From: Patescibacteria group bacterium
Lineage (GTDB): Bacteria > Patescibacteriota > UBA1384 > GWA2-35-9 > JBASTP01
Reading direction: 5' to 3'
Assembly (NCBI GenBank): GCA_049274945.1
Contig: JBASTP010000005.1
Coordinates: 3,178 to 67,177 of the forward strand
Length of the DNA stretch: 64,000 nt
Part shown: one piece after another, positions 45,946 to 55,216 of the stretch
Layout of the letters: every line of letters begins with the position of its first letter
How positions within the stretch are numbered: position 1 is the stretch's first letter
Position numbers and translations under genes: made by a program
The notes under the pieces: model-generated
Told to the model about the DNA's origin: nothing
The model's database searches: none
What the model saw: the letters and a program-made list of their open reading frames with translations, nothing else

Positions 45946-46323
45946 GTGGAACGGCTCAAACAAATTATTACGCGGCTCCTTGTGCTCGTTACTATCCTCT
46001 ACACCGGTTATTCGCTTGGGCAGGCGGTGTGGCGTAATATTGCGGTAAACAAACGGATCACCGAACTCAAAAATGAAATTGCCCGGATCAAACAAGAAAA
46101 CACCAGGCTTGCCGGCCTCACCATCTACTATCAAACCGACCAGTTTAAAGAGATCGAGCTGCGCCGGAGACTTGGCTACAAGCGACCGGACGAACAGGTG
46201 GTGGTGTTGCCTCAAAACTTTTACCAGGACCAAGTTGATCCCCAAACACGGAAGAAACCAAATCATGAGGAGATACCCTATTACGTTAAGTGGCTTGAAA
46301 CTGTTACGGGATTAACGATCTAG
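45946..46323 (+). CDS. FtsB/DivIC/FtsL-family septum formation initiator-like protein
   Basis: 125 aa. N-terminal TM helix, then a coiled coil (RITELKNEIARIKQENTRLAGL). GTG start 6 nt after a TGGTATAAT extended -10. Confidence 0.55.
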   Translation: MERLKQIITRLLVLVTILYTGYSLGQAVWRNIAVNKRITELKNEIARIKQENTRLAGLTIYYQTDQFKEIELRRRLGYKRPDEQVVVLPQNFYQDQVDPQTRKKPNHEEIPYYVKWLETVTGLTI

Positions 46324-46333
46324 TGAGAAATAG

Positions 46334-46471
46334 TGTGGCTGCGGTAGGGAATCTCACCACCTCGACTACGCTGCGCTTCGCTCGGTGCACAAAACCCCTC
46401 GGTTTCGTGTGCTTCCGCAAACGGTGAAAACAAGTGTTTTCCCCGACCCCCTTTCCTGTTCGATCCCTACC
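46334..46471 (-). repeat. tRNA-linked structured element, Met copy
   Basis: On the minus strand it begins GGTAGGGATCGAAC, the reverse complement of the tRNA-Met T-arm. Its core is homologous to the Lys copy with compensatory changes in the CACGAAACC/GGTTTTGTG stem. It ends GGTGAGATTCC plus a copy of the tRNA-Met 3' end (CTACCGCAGCCACA). Confidence 0.5.
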
Positions 46472-46519
46472 GGTGAATCACACAACGAAAATAGCCCGCA
46501 CAAGGCAGGACTGTTTCGT

Positions 46520-46595
46520 TGGTGGCTGCGGTAGGGATCGAACCTACGACCTAACGCTTATGAAGCGCTCGCTCTAACCACTGAGCTACGCAGCC
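46520..46595 (-). tRNA. tRNA-Met(CAU), elongator type (could be tRNA-Ile2 if lysidinylated), CCA encoded
   Basis: Complete 76-nt cloverleaf: GGCTGCG-TA-GCTC-AGTGGTTA-GAGC-G-AGCGC-TTCATAA-GCGTT-AGGTC-GTAGG-TTCGATC-CCTAC-CGCAGCC-A-CCA. Confidence 0.85.
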
Positions 46596-46692
46596 ATCAC
46601 ATACAAAGTAGCACAGGTTTGACGCCTGCGCTACTTTGTATCTGCTGTTATGTTGCGGGGGTGGGATTTGAACCCACGACCTCCAGGTTATG

Positions 46693-47323
46693 CATACCAC
46701 TGCGGCTTTCGCCGTCCCAAAAAAGGTTTGTGGTCTGGACTATACCTTATCCCGATACAACGTTGTCGGGATCCCGCCATCTAGTCTCTACACCTTACCC
46801 GATGTATATCGGGTCTTGGCTCGGTATTACCATATCTACAGAGATAAGGCTTCACCGAATTTGACGGGTATTGCCCCGCTCGTTACCGAGCGGGCGGCCC
46901 ACGATGACAACAAATCCCAACGTTCCCTGTAAGCAGCTGCGATCGGTTTTCGCTGCCTTTTTTCGACTTCTACGAGCGCGATTGTACTGCCATAACGTAC
47001 AAAAATTTCAACTGGAATCACGTAGAAGACAGGGCCTTGATCAATGTAGACGATTGCAAGGTCAAAATCTTCATTGTTGTAACGCTCTCTTCGCATCACC
47101 CGCCGGTTGGTTTTGGTCCTGCGCACATCTACGGCAAAGTAATTATTGGCAGGAACAAACCACGCGTGCTTGATCTGGATACGAATGAGCTTTCCGTTGA
47201 GGTCAACTGCTATGTCATAAGGTAATCGATCACCAACTGGTTTGAGTACCTTAAAGCCTCGACGAAGAAGTTCTGTTACAACAGCTGACTCCGCAATGTC
47301 TGCCTTGAGTTTTGTGTCCATTG
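46693..47323 (-). mobile_element. Group I intron carrying an internal homing-endonuclease-like ORF
   Basis: Core elements on the minus strand are GTAGAGACTAGATGG (R-like) and AAGGTATAGTCCAG (S-like), plus P9-like CGGC-GAAA-GCCG and a terminal G before CATAA. The ORF starts 2 nt after the 5' splice site and occupies the 5' part of the intron. Confidence 0.7.
46836..47321 (-). CDS. Intron-encoded PD-(D/E)XK-type putative homing endonuclease
   Basis: 161 aa, MDTKLKADIAESAVVTELLRRGFKV.... PYDIAVDLNGKLIRIQIK has D...D/E-x-K restriction-endonuclease-fold spacing. The track ORF 46836-47351 begins with an upstream GTG that is actually tRNA exon 1. Confidence 0.55.
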   Translation of the reverse strand: MDTKLKADIAESAVVTELLRRGFKVLKPVGDRLPYDIAVDLNGKLIRIQIKHAWFVPANNYFAVDVRRTKTNRRVMRRERYNNEDFDLAIVYIDQGPVFYVIPVEIFVRYGSTIALVEVEKRQRKPIAAAYRERWDLLSSWAARSVTSGAIPVKFGEALSL

Positions 47324-47457
47324 AGCCTGGCGAGCTACCGGACTGCTCCACCCCGCGATGTTATTAGTGTTCGCTGTCGCACAAAATAATCTGCGACAGT
47401 ATCCGTATTATACACATATTTACATTCTCGTGTAAAGATCGTAAGCTAAAGTTCGCA

Positions 47458-49275
47458 ATGGACCGACGCATCAAAAATATTCTCTATTTCATTATCGCGC
47501 TACTTGTGGTGTGGGCGCTGTTTGAATTTTCGGTCCCGCGACAGACCGGCGTCAAACGAACCACCATCTCAGAAATCTCCCAGGCAGTCGAAAAAGGCGA
47601 AGTTGAATCAGTCAAGGTTGAAGGCAACCGAGTAAAAGCAACCTTGCGTGACAACCAGGTACTCGAAACGTTTAAAGAACCGCAAGCAACCTTGAAAGAC
47701 TATGGCATTGTCCCCGAGAAAGTAACCATCGAGATTGCTAATCCCGAGCGAGGAACGCTCCTTCCCAACCTCCTGTCGTTCCTGTTGCCATTTGCGATCG
47801 TTGGAGTATTTCTCTACTTCATGATTCGGTCGGCACAGGGCACTAATATTAGAGCTCTCTCGTTTGGAAAATCTCAGGCGCGACTCTTTGAACCGGGTCA
47901 AAAACGGATTACCTTTGCCGACGTCGCCGGCGCCGAAGAACCCAAGCGTGAGCTGGTAGAGGTAGTTGAGTTCCTGCGCTACCCAGAAAAATTTCAGCGG
48001 CTGGGCGCCGAGATTCCTAAAGGAGTGCTCCTTATTGGCCCGGCTGGAACCGGTAAAACGTTGATGGCGCGAGCAGTCGCCGGTGAAGCAAATGTACCGT
48101 TCTTTTCGATCTCCGCCTCGGAGTTTGTGGAAATGTTTGTCGGGGTTGGCGCGGCTCGCGTACGTGACCTCTTTGCCAAAGCTAAACGCAATGCCCCGGC
48201 AATTCTGTTTGTTGACGAGCTTGATGCGGTTGGCCGCCAGCGCGGCGCGGGGCTCGGTGGATCGCATGACGAACGCGAACAAACCCTCAATCAAATCTTG
48301 GTCGAAATGGATGGCTTTGAAACAGAAACTCGCGTCGTGGTTATGGCGGCAACAAATCGTCCTGACATCCTCGACCCGGCCTTAGTGCGGCCGGGCCGTT
48401 TTGATCGTCGAGTGGTACTCGACCTGCCAGACAAGCGAGACCGCGAATCGATCCTCAAAATTCATGTGCGCGGCAAGCCGCTTGGCAAGGATATCGATCT
48501 TGAAAAGGTTGCCGGAGGTACTCCGGGATTTTCAGGCGCTGATCTTAAAAATGCGGTGAATGAGGCAGCAATTTTTGCGGCGCGCCACGACAAGAAAGAA
48601 ATCGCAATGAGCGATTTTAACGAAGCGGTGGAGAAAGTAATGCTTGGTCCGGAACGGCGTTCCCGGATCTTGAGCAAAAAAGAAAAAGAGATCATCGCCT
48701 ATCATGAAGCAGGGCACGCCATCGCCGCGCGATCATTGAAACACTGTGATCCGGTTCATAAAGTATCTGTCATTTCTCGGGGCATGGCGCTCGGCTTTAC
48801 CTGGACCCGACCTACAGAAGACCGGCACTTGATCAGCCGATCTAAATTCGAAGACGACCTCGCACAGCTCCTCGCAGGCAGAGTTGCCGAACGTCTCATC
48901 TTTAATGAGACTACCACTGGCGCGGCTAACGACCTCAAGCGGGCCACCAAAATCGCTCGCGATATGGTTACTCAGTATGGCATGTCAGATCGCCTGGGTC
49001 CGGTGACATTAAGTGAAGGCGATGAGCTTGTTTTCCTAGGTAAAGAACTGGGTGAACGCAAAACATATTCTGAAAAGATTGCCGAAACAATCGATGGAGA
49101 AATTTCAGCAATGGTTATTAAAGCCGAGACCCGGGCACGCGAAGTGCTCGAAAAACGAAAAGTAATCCTTCATAAATTAGCTGAACTGCTCATCAACGAA
49201 GAGACCGTGGAAGGTGATAGATTCGAACAATTTTTCCAGGGGGCGCCAAGCCCTAAGCGTGCTAAAAGGAAATGA
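47458..49275 (+). CDS. ftsH: ATP-dependent zinc metalloprotease FtsH
   Basis: 605 aa. N-terminal TM helices, AAA+ Walker A GPAGTGKT and SRH, and zinc motif HEAGHAI. Confidence 0.95.
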   Translation: MDRRIKNILYFIIALLVVWALFEFSVPRQTGVKRTTISEISQAVEKGEVESVKVEGNRVKATLRDNQVLETFKEPQATLKDYGIVPEKVTIEIANPERGTLLPNLLSFLLPFAIVGVFLYFMIRSAQGTNIRALSFGKSQARLFEPGQKRITFADVAGAEEPKRELVEVVEFLRYPEKFQRLGAEIPKGVLLIGPAGTGKTLMARAVAGEANVPFFSISASEFVEMFVGVGAARVRDLFAKAKRNAPAILFVDELDAVGRQRGAGLGGSHDEREQTLNQILVEMDGFETETRVVVMAATNRPDILDPALVRPGRFDRRVVLDLPDKRDRESILKIHVRGKPLGKDIDLEKVAGGTPGFSGADLKNAVNEAAIFAARHDKKEIAMSDFNEAVEKVMLGPERRSRILSKKEKEIIAYHEAGHAIAARSLKHCDPVHKVSVISRGMALGFTWTRPTEDRHLISRSKFEDDLAQLLAGRVAERLIFNETTTGAANDLKRATKIARDMVTQYGMSDRLGPVTLSEGDELVFLGKELGERKTYSEKIAETIDGEISAMVIKAETRAREVLEKRKVILHKLAELLINEETVEGDRFEQFFQGAPSPKRAKRK

Positions 49276-49868
49276 AAATCTTGCTCCTAAGCGATCTCCA
49301 TTCCTCGCAGTCGACACTCAAGGGGCTCGATACATTATTGGGCAGCGAGCGATTCGATCTAGTATTATCGCCGGGAGACATAACCGATCGACACGACGGC
49401 CATCCCTTAGAGTATCTTGATCAATTCATCAACCTTGTTACTCAAAAACACCACCTGCCCCTCAAGATGGTCTATGGTAATAACGACTCAAAAGAAGTTA
49501 TCGAACATGCTCGCCAGGCAGGAGTACTCCTGCACTTCGATGATGAAAAAATCGAGGGTTACCGGATCGCCGGGATTGGGGATGTTGAATCACAACCCGA
49601 AATCCCCGGGGGCTCGCTCAACAATCTTACCGGGGCGATCGCAGTGAGCCACCGGCCGACCCCGCAATTTAAAGAACTCAAGGCTTCGGGAACCCCACTC
49701 GCTAATGCGCCCATGATCCAAATCTTTGGCCACCTCCATACCCGGGCCGAAACCAATCAACTTGGTCAAACGCTCGTGATTAATGTGCCAGCCGGTGCTT
49801 TAGGCCGCTACGCCGTACTCGATCTACCAAGTAAGATGGTTCAATTCAAATGGTTCAAAGACTCATAA
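49272..49868 (+). CDS. Metallophosphoesterase (calcineurin-like)
   Basis: LLLSDLHS, GDITDR, GNND and GHLH motifs. 198 aa. 4-nt overlap with ftsH. Confidence 0.7.
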   Translation: MKILLLSDLHSSQSTLKGLDTLLGSERFDLVLSPGDITDRHDGHPLEYLDQFINLVTQKHHLPLKMVYGNNDSKEVIEHARQAGVLLHFDDEKIEGYRIAGIGDVESQPEIPGGSLNNLTGAIAVSHRPTPQFKELKASGTPLANAPMIQIFGHLHTRAETNQLGQTLVINVPAGALGRYAVLDLPSKMVQFKWFKDS

Positions 49869-51445
49869 AATTTTTTGTTGGCACCTCGAGCATTTCCGGC
49901 GCCACTGCAATTCTTGCGGTAACGCTCCTTGTTTCTAATATGCTCGGGGTAATCCGGGATCACTATCTTGCTCAAAAAATCCCGGCTACTATCCTCGACA
50001 CCTACTTCGCGGCATTCCGACTACCCGATCTGATATTCAATACGCTGGTCCTTGGCGCGGTTTCTGCAGCATTCATTCCAGTATTTGCCGAGCTCGTTGC
50101 CAAAGGCAAACGTGCTGAGGCTAACCACATTGGTAGTACTCTTATCACCACCGCGCTGATCGGAACAATGGTACTTGCCGCAATCTTTTTTGTGGCTATG
50201 CCCGGTCTCATGGGGTATCTCGTTCCAGACTTTCCACCAGATAAACTAGCGCTCACCGTCACCAATGCCCGCAATCTGCTAGCCTCGCCGGTGCTCTTTG
50301 GTGTCTCATTCATTATCTCGGGGATGCTGACCGCGACCAATCGGTTCGTAGCGACTGCGCTCGCACCGATCTTCTATAACGGCTCGATTATTCTGGGCAC
50401 GCTCCTTGCGGCTGATCACTATTCGGTTAGTGGCGTGGTATGGGCGGTAATCATTGGATCATTCCTCCACCTTATTGTCCAGCTACCGTCCCTGGCAACG
50501 ATTGGATTCCGTTTTAGGCCGCTCATTGATTGGCGCAACGAGCAAGTTCGTAAGATTGTAAAACTTATGATTCCTCGAACGATTGGGCTTGGCGCAAACC
50601 AGCTAATGCTCTTAGCATTCACCTTTATGGCCGCCAAAATTGGGGGCGGCTCAATCGCCATTTATACCTTTGCGGACAACATCCAAACCACCCCTGTGGT
50701 GATCTTCGCCACTTCGATTGCTCAGGCGCTTTTCCCTACTCTAGCCCGACATCACGCACTCTCCCGTGGCAGTGAATTCCGCCGCCACATCGAGCGGGCA
50801 ATCAGTACTATTATTTTTTTCCTCACGCCGATGGCGGTTGGTATGGTGCTGCTTCGCGCTCAGATCGTTCGGTTGGTGCTGGGATCTGGCTACTTCGGTT
50901 GGGAGGAAACCATTATCGCCGCACGCACGCTGGGTTGGTTTGCGCCGGGACTCGTTGCCGGCGGTCTGCTGCCACTGCTGTACCGAGCTTTTTTTGCGCG
51001 CCACAATACTATTATCCCCACGATCGGTGGAATTGTGGCGGTCGCTATTTCGATTATTACCGCCTCGGCGCTCGTTTCCAGTAACGGGGTGGTGGCACTC
51101 CCGATTGGGTTTTCGGTCGGAATGATTATTGAGGCAGTGATGCTCTACTACCTGCTCCGACGATCAGTTGAGCTGAATGATCGAAAACTTGCCCTGGACG
51201 GGGCCAGGGTACTAGTTGCGAGCGCAATTATGGCGGCTGCGGTCCAAGGTGGTAAAATGTTAGTTGGAACGCTTCTACCGCTTACCCATTCGATCGAAGT
51301 GCTGGCACAGCTTGCTCTAGCAACTGCCTTGGGTGTTATTGTCTACTTCCCGGCCACCAAGCTCCTCGGGCACCCGGGCTTGCAAGTTAATCTTACGCAA
51401 TCTTTTCTAGCAAAATTGAATGGAACAAGAAACGGAAACCTCTAA
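49850..51445 (+). CDS. murJ: Lipid II flippase MurJ (MviN)
   Basis: 531 aa with about 14 TM helices and a MurJ/MOP-superfamily N-terminal region (SRVLGVIRD-like: SNMLGVIRDHYLA). Confidence 0.8.
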   Translation: MVQRLIKFFVGTSSISGATAILAVTLLVSNMLGVIRDHYLAQKIPATILDTYFAAFRLPDLIFNTLVLGAVSAAFIPVFAELVAKGKRAEANHIGSTLITTALIGTMVLAAIFFVAMPGLMGYLVPDFPPDKLALTVTNARNLLASPVLFGVSFIISGMLTATNRFVATALAPIFYNGSIILGTLLAADHYSVSGVVWAVIIGSFLHLIVQLPSLATIGFRFRPLIDWRNEQVRKIVKLMIPRTIGLGANQLMLLAFTFMAAKIGGGSIAIYTFADNIQTTPVVIFATSIAQALFPTLARHHALSRGSEFRRHIERAISTIIFFLTPMAVGMVLLRAQIVRLVLGSGYFGWEETIIAARTLGWFAPGLVAGGLLPLLYRAFFARHNTIIPTIGGIVAVAISIITASALVSSNGVVALPIGFSVGMIIEAVMLYYLLRRSVELNDRKLALDGARVLVASAIMAAAVQGGKMLVGTLLPLTHSIEVLAQLALATALGVIVYFPATKLLGHPGLQVNLTQSFLAKLNGTRNGNL

Positions 51446-52064
51446 AAAAGAATCGTTCTATGGAGAACTAGATCGACGCTCTGGTCGCTCCTGTTTCAGT
51501 TTTACCACTTTGGTAATTTTTCTTATGATCCTACTCCTGCTTGGCTCGGGAGGCGCTATTTGGCTCATTAAAAAGGCCCGTGAACTCCCAACTGCCAAAA
51601 ACCGGGTATTTCCTTCTCAACAAGCCAAAGAAGCGATCGCTAAAAAGATTGAAGAACTAATTAAGCATTCCGCCGATAAGAGCAAGGTAACATTTGAGTT
51701 GAGCGAAGAAGAGCTTACTACCTTGCTTGTAGAAAATTTAGGCAGGAGTGCTTTAGGTAAGCGGTTTAAGGAACCTCAAGTCGAGCTTGATCCCCCGCTC
51801 ATCGTTATCCGCGCAACCTTAGTTGACCCCTTGCGTTCGCAAACCACGTGGTACATAGAACCTAAGACAATAGATGGCGAACTAAAAGCTAGGATTGTAA
51901 GGATTGAGGCAGGTAAGTTGATTCTTCCTGAAACCATCACTGGTCAGTTCAGTACAAATATTAATGAACTGGTCGCCGGATTCCTTCCGCTAACCGGGAG
52001 ATTTAAGGCAAGTTCAGTAGAAGTGAGAACCGATATGTTAGTAATCAAGGGTACGATCGACTAA
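51420..52064 (+). CDS. Hypothetical membrane-anchored protein
   Basis: 214 aa, one TM helix (FTTLVIFLMILLLLGSGGAIWLI) then a soluble domain. Overlaps the murJ 3' end by 26 nt. Confidence 0.45.
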   Translation: MEQETETSKKESFYGELDRRSGRSCFSFTTLVIFLMILLLLGSGGAIWLIKKARELPTAKNRVFPSQQAKEAIAKKIEELIKHSADKSKVTFELSEEELTTLLVENLGRSALGKRFKEPQVELDPPLIVIRATLVDPLRSQTTWYIEPKTIDGELKARIVRIEAGKLILPETITGQFSTNINELVAGFLPLTGRFKASSVEVRTDMLVIKGTID

Positions 52065-52624
52065 CTTTTTGCCCGCTCAACATACGAGCTGTCTCGGGTG
52101 TCAACCACAATCATATCGCCGATTTTGATATGGAGTGGTACTTGGACAATACAACCGGTTTCAAGTTTGGCTGGTTTAGTACCAGCGCTTGCTCGATCAC
52201 CACGGAGCCCCGGATCAGTTTGGGCAACCGCAAGGGCAAGCTTAATCGGTAGATCAACGCCAATTGGTCGGTTTTCGAAATATTTAAGGGTGTAGTGCTC
52301 GCCTTCTTTAAGGAACTGCCCTTTGGTGCCTATGAGCTTCACGGGAACCGGGAATTGTTCAAAATCAGAGCCCATAAAATATGCGTTTACCGGATCGCTA
52401 TAGAGATACTGGGCCTGGCGGTTTTCTACGTCACCTTGCTCGATCAATTCATTGCCACGGAAGGTTTCTTCTCTAAGTGAACCATCGGTAATTGATTTAA
52501 TTCTTACTCGCTGAATCCCTCGCCCGCGCCCAAGTTTACTATGTGCTGAACTCAACACAAAAAATGGACTGCCATTTAGGACAATCACCATTCCGGATTT
52601 GATTTGAGCGATTGGCAGCGACAT
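52061..52624 (-). CDS. efp: Elongation factor P
   Basis: 187 aa. SKLGRGRG loop region (KPGKGxA equivalent) and C-terminal OB domains (LETGCIVQVPL). Confidence 0.85.
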   Translation of the reverse strand: MSLPIAQIKSGMVIVLNGSPFFVLSSAHSKLGRGRGIQRVRIKSITDGSLREETFRGNELIEQGDVENRQAQYLYSDPVNAYFMGSDFEQFPVPVKLIGTKGQFLKEGEHYTLKYFENRPIGVDLPIKLALAVAQTDPGLRGDRASAGTKPAKLETGCIVQVPLHIKIGDMIVVDTRDSSYVERAKS

Positions 52625-52629
52625 AGCCG

Positions 52630-52839
52630 TCAGCGTCTGACGTACGGCAGTAATGCTAGATAGCGCGCATTTTTGATTGCCCGCGCCAATTTTCGCTGAT
52701 GTTTAGCGCAAACACCGGTTTCTCGAGCCGGCTTGATCTTACCCCAATTAGTGAGGTAGTGGTCGAGCAGTACCGGATCGCTGTAGTCGATCGCCTGAAC
52801 CCCTTTTTTACAAAAAAAACACGACTTTGCGGCTGGCAT
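52630..52839 (-). CDS. rpsR: 30S ribosomal protein bS18
   Basis: [59 protein letters not shown] matches the bS18 signature. Confidence 0.9.
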   Translation of the reverse strand: MPAAKSCFFCKKGVQAIDYSDPVLLDHYLTNWGKIKPARETGVCAKHQRKLARAIKNARYLALLPYVRR

Positions 52840-52850
52840 GATGTAATTAT

Positions 52851-53330
52851 TTAAAAGGGAATTTCGTCTAAATTAATTTCTCCCTCCGGAGCTGCTGGGG
52901 CGGATTCCTTTGCTTGCTTAGGTTTGCTCTTTTCTATTTTGGGTTCAGCAGTCGGCTCAGGGCTGTGAGCAGCAGCGATTTCGCCTTCGGGAGCAGTCGT
53001 TTTAGGAGTAAGCGGAATAAAACTTTCCATCACTACCTCCGTGCGCTGACGCTTGCTGCCGTCTTGCGCTTCCCAGCTGCGCGTTTGGAGCCTGCCTTCA
53101 ACGTAGATTTTGCTGCCTTTGTGGAAAATCTGGTTGATAATTTCAGCGAGTTTTCCCCACGCAACCACCTCATGAAACTGGGTGTCTTCGACTAACTCGC
53201 CTTGAGCATTTTTGTAGCGCCGGTTGGTCGCTACTCCAAAATTCGTAACCGATTGGCCGGACGGAATGGTCCGAAGTTCCGGGTCTCGAGTCATGTTGCC
53301 GATTAAATGGACCTTATTGAGTGATATCAT
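52851..53330 (-). CDS. ssb: Single-stranded DNA-binding protein
   Basis: Trimmed to [22 protein letters not shown] fold plus an acidic C-terminal tail DEIPF. Confidence 0.9.
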   Translation of the reverse strand: MISLNKVHLIGNMTRDPELRTIPSGQSVTNFGVATNRRYKNAQGELVEDTQFHEVVAWGKLAEIINQIFHKGSKIYVEGRLQTRSWEAQDGSKRQRTEVVMESFIPLTPKTTAPEGEIAAAHSPEPTAEPKIEKSKPKQAKESAPAAPEGEINLDEIPF

Positions 53331-53331
53331 A

Positions 53332-53820
53332 TTACTCCTGCAAGAGTTTGCGAAGTTGCTCATCGAGCAACTTCAGACGTTCTTTTTCCGATACTTCGGT
53401 AGTTTTTTTAGCAGTTTTCACGACTTTTTTAGGTTCAAGCTTTTTGGGCACCACTGCCTTAGCTGGCTCTTCGGGTTTTAGTTCAATGGTCTTAGGCGCT
53501 TGGGCAACTGGCTCCGGCACACTCAACTCTTCCTGGGGTTGCTCTCGCCCAAGTTGTTTTACTTCCTGGTGGCGGCTAAGGAGCGATCGAGTTATCTCTT
53601 CGTCGACATTGATGGCTCGGTGGAGGCCCACCATCTTTGCTCGATCAATTTCCACCACAAACGTCGCGTAGCTGCCCGCGCTAAGCTGCCCGATCCGATA
53701 TTTGAACGGTCGCTCCGGCAATTCGCGCTGCGAAACAATCGTGCTGTGTCCACTAATAAGTTCGCTTGCCTTGGCAAGACTCGCCTTGTCCTTGGTTATG
53801 ACCGTGATATCGTAACGCAT
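53332..53820 (-). CDS. rpsF: 30S ribosomal protein bS6 (with C-terminal K/E-rich extension)
   Basis: Trimmed to MRYDITVITKDKA...; the bS6 fold is followed by a low-complexity tail. Classic rpsF-ssb-rpsR order. Confidence 0.85.
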   Translation of the reverse strand: MRYDITVITKDKASLAKASELISGHSTIVSQRELPERPFKYRIGQLSAGSYATFVVEIDRAKMVGLHRAINVDEEITRSLLSRHQEVKQLGREQPQEELSVPEPVAQAPKTIELKPEEPAKAVVPKKLEPKKVVKTAKKTTEVSEKERLKLLDEQLRKLLQE

Positions 53821-53862
53821 CGCAGTTATTGTAGTGCGGCGAAGTAAAAAGTGCAAGTATTG

Positions 53863-54765
53863 CTATACCGCAAATCGGAAGTGCACCACATCGCCATCTT
53901 GGACTATATAATCTTTTCCTTCAATCCTGAGCTTTCCCGCAGCTTTAGCTCCCTGCTCTCCGTTATATTCAAGATAATCCGTAAAGCTAATCACTTCAGC
54001 CTTAATGAATCCTTTCTGAAAATCAGTGTGAATTACGCCAGCTGCCTCGGGCGCTGTTGCATCTTGTTTTACCGTCCAGGCGCGCACCTCTTCCGGGCCG
54101 GCCGTAAAAAATGTTTGTAATCCGAGCAGTTTGTAGCTTTCACGAATCACCCGATTAAGCGGCGGCTCTGTAACTCCCAGCTCATCGAGGAGGGTTTTTT
54201 GATCATCGGCCGGCAGCTGCGCAAGCTCTGCCTCAAGCCGGGCGGCGATGCGCAGCCACCCCTGCGGCGGGTGATTCTTAAGCTCTTGGTCTGACACGTT
54301 TTCCACGATAAGATGCGGTTTTTCCATAAGGGGGAGAGCATCGGGATGCTCCTCGTCGGCAAGGCCGAGTTCGGTTTCCAAAATTTTCAAATCATCTGCC
54401 GAATCAACCCGGCCTTCGGTGTGAATAATGTCGGGATCAGAAAATGAACGCAACAGAATAATAATCGCATCAACCTCGCGGATATGCGCTAAAAACTTGT
54501 TGCCCAATCCCTCACCTTGAGCGGCACCTTTTACGAGTCCTGCGATATCAACGAACTCAATCGTTGCGGGAATAATTTTCTTCGGCTTGGCAATGGCAGC
54601 GAGCTCGTGTAATCGTGGATCGGGCACGTCGACTACACCCACATTCGGCTCTATGGTGGTAAATGGCCGGTTGGCGGCCTGGGCTTGCTCGCGCTTAAGT
54701 AGCGCATTAAACAAGGTCGACTTGCCCGCGTTGGGGAGTCCCACAATTCCGATTCGTAACGACAT
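53863..54765 (-). CDS. ychF: Ribosome-binding ATPase YchF (Obg-family)
   Basis: GIVGLPNAGKSTLFNAL and NPFTTIEPNVG G-motifs plus a C-terminal TGS domain. 300 aa. Confidence 0.85.
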   Translation of the reverse strand: MSLRIGIVGLPNAGKSTLFNALLKREQAQAANRPFTTIEPNVGVVDVPDPRLHELAAIAKPKKIIPATIEFVDIAGLVKGAAQGEGLGNKFLAHIREVDAIIILLRSFSDPDIIHTEGRVDSADDLKILETELGLADEEHPDALPLMEKPHLIVENVSDQELKNHPPQGWLRIAARLEAELAQLPADDQKTLLDELGVTEPPLNRVIRESYKLLGLQTFFTAGPEEVRAWTVKQDATAPEAAGVIHTDFQKGFIKAEVISFTDYLEYNGEQGAKAAGKLRIEGKDYIVQDGDVVHFRFAV

Positions 54766-54785
54766 AGGGCAATTCTAGCAGAGAA

Positions 54786-55130
54786 CTAGCCAATCGGCAT
54801 GTCGTCGGGCAGGTTTTCTTTGAGCGGTTCGTTGGTGGCGCCGGAAGGGCCAGGAGTGCCTTGCGGCGGCGCGCTTTGGGTAAACGGGGTGCCCGGGGTT
54901 TGCACCGAGATCGTGCGCGCCACCTCGTGGGGTGGCGGCGCGGCTTTCACCTCTTGTTGGATCAATTTTTGGAGCTCTCCCACCGAGAGCACGGCCACCG
55001 AGGGCTTGCCATTTTTGGTGAGAATGTAGAGCGGCGTGCCGGTTTCCAAATCAGCCACAATCTTTGAGAACCTGTCGCGCATTTCGGTTAAGGGAATAAT
55101 TTTGTCCACGGGAACTTGAAGCATAACCAC
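54786..55130 (-). CDS. Phd/YefM-like antitoxin-fold protein with Pro-rich C-terminal extension (no adjacent toxin)
   Basis: The N-terminal ~70 aa (LYILTKNGKPSVAVLSVGELQKL) fits the YefM/Phd fold. The C-terminal 40 aa are P/T/G-rich. Confidence 0.4.
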   Translation of the reverse strand: MVMLQVPVDKIIPLTEMRDRFSKIVADLETGTPLYILTKNGKPSVAVLSVGELQKLIQQEVKAAPPPHEVARTISVQTPGTPFTQSAPPQGTPGPSGATNEPLKENLPDDMPIG

Positions 55131-55177
55131 CTCCTCTACCCCATTATTACCGCCTTAATTCTGGCTGTCAACTCTAT

Positions 55178-55216
55178 CGTATTATATACTATAGTATATA
55201 AGTATTATATAATACT
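55178..55216. other. AT-rich palindromic/direct-repeat site next to the xer gene (candidate dif-like recombination site)
   Basis: GTATTATATA-CTATAGTATATAA-GTATTATATA: a direct repeat flanking an 18-bp perfect palindrome TATATACTATAGTATATA, immediately 3' of the tyrosine recombinase stop. Confidence 0.3.

Larger units (their letters stand above)
46653..47357 (-). tRNA. Initiator-like tRNA-fMet(CAU) interrupted by a 631-nt group I intron (exons 47357-47324 and 46692-46653)
   Basis: Exon 1 is CGCGGGG-TG-GAGC-AGTCCGGTA-GCTC-G-CCAGG-CT; exon 2 is CATAA-CCTGG-AGGTC-GTGGG-TTCAAAT-CCCAC-CCCCGCA-A. Spliced loop is CTCATAA (anticodon CAU). The C1 x A72 mismatch and A11:U24 pair are the bacterial-initiator features as I recall them. 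Intron sits between U33 and C34. Confidence 0.7.

Noticed and set aside
46596-46900. tmRNA interpretation of the T-arm/acceptor-containing region
   Set aside because: No tag-peptide reading frame and no GCUGCU-stop-like resume codon context. R/S group I elements are present instead, and the 5' exon was found upstream of the ORF, giving a complete tRNA.
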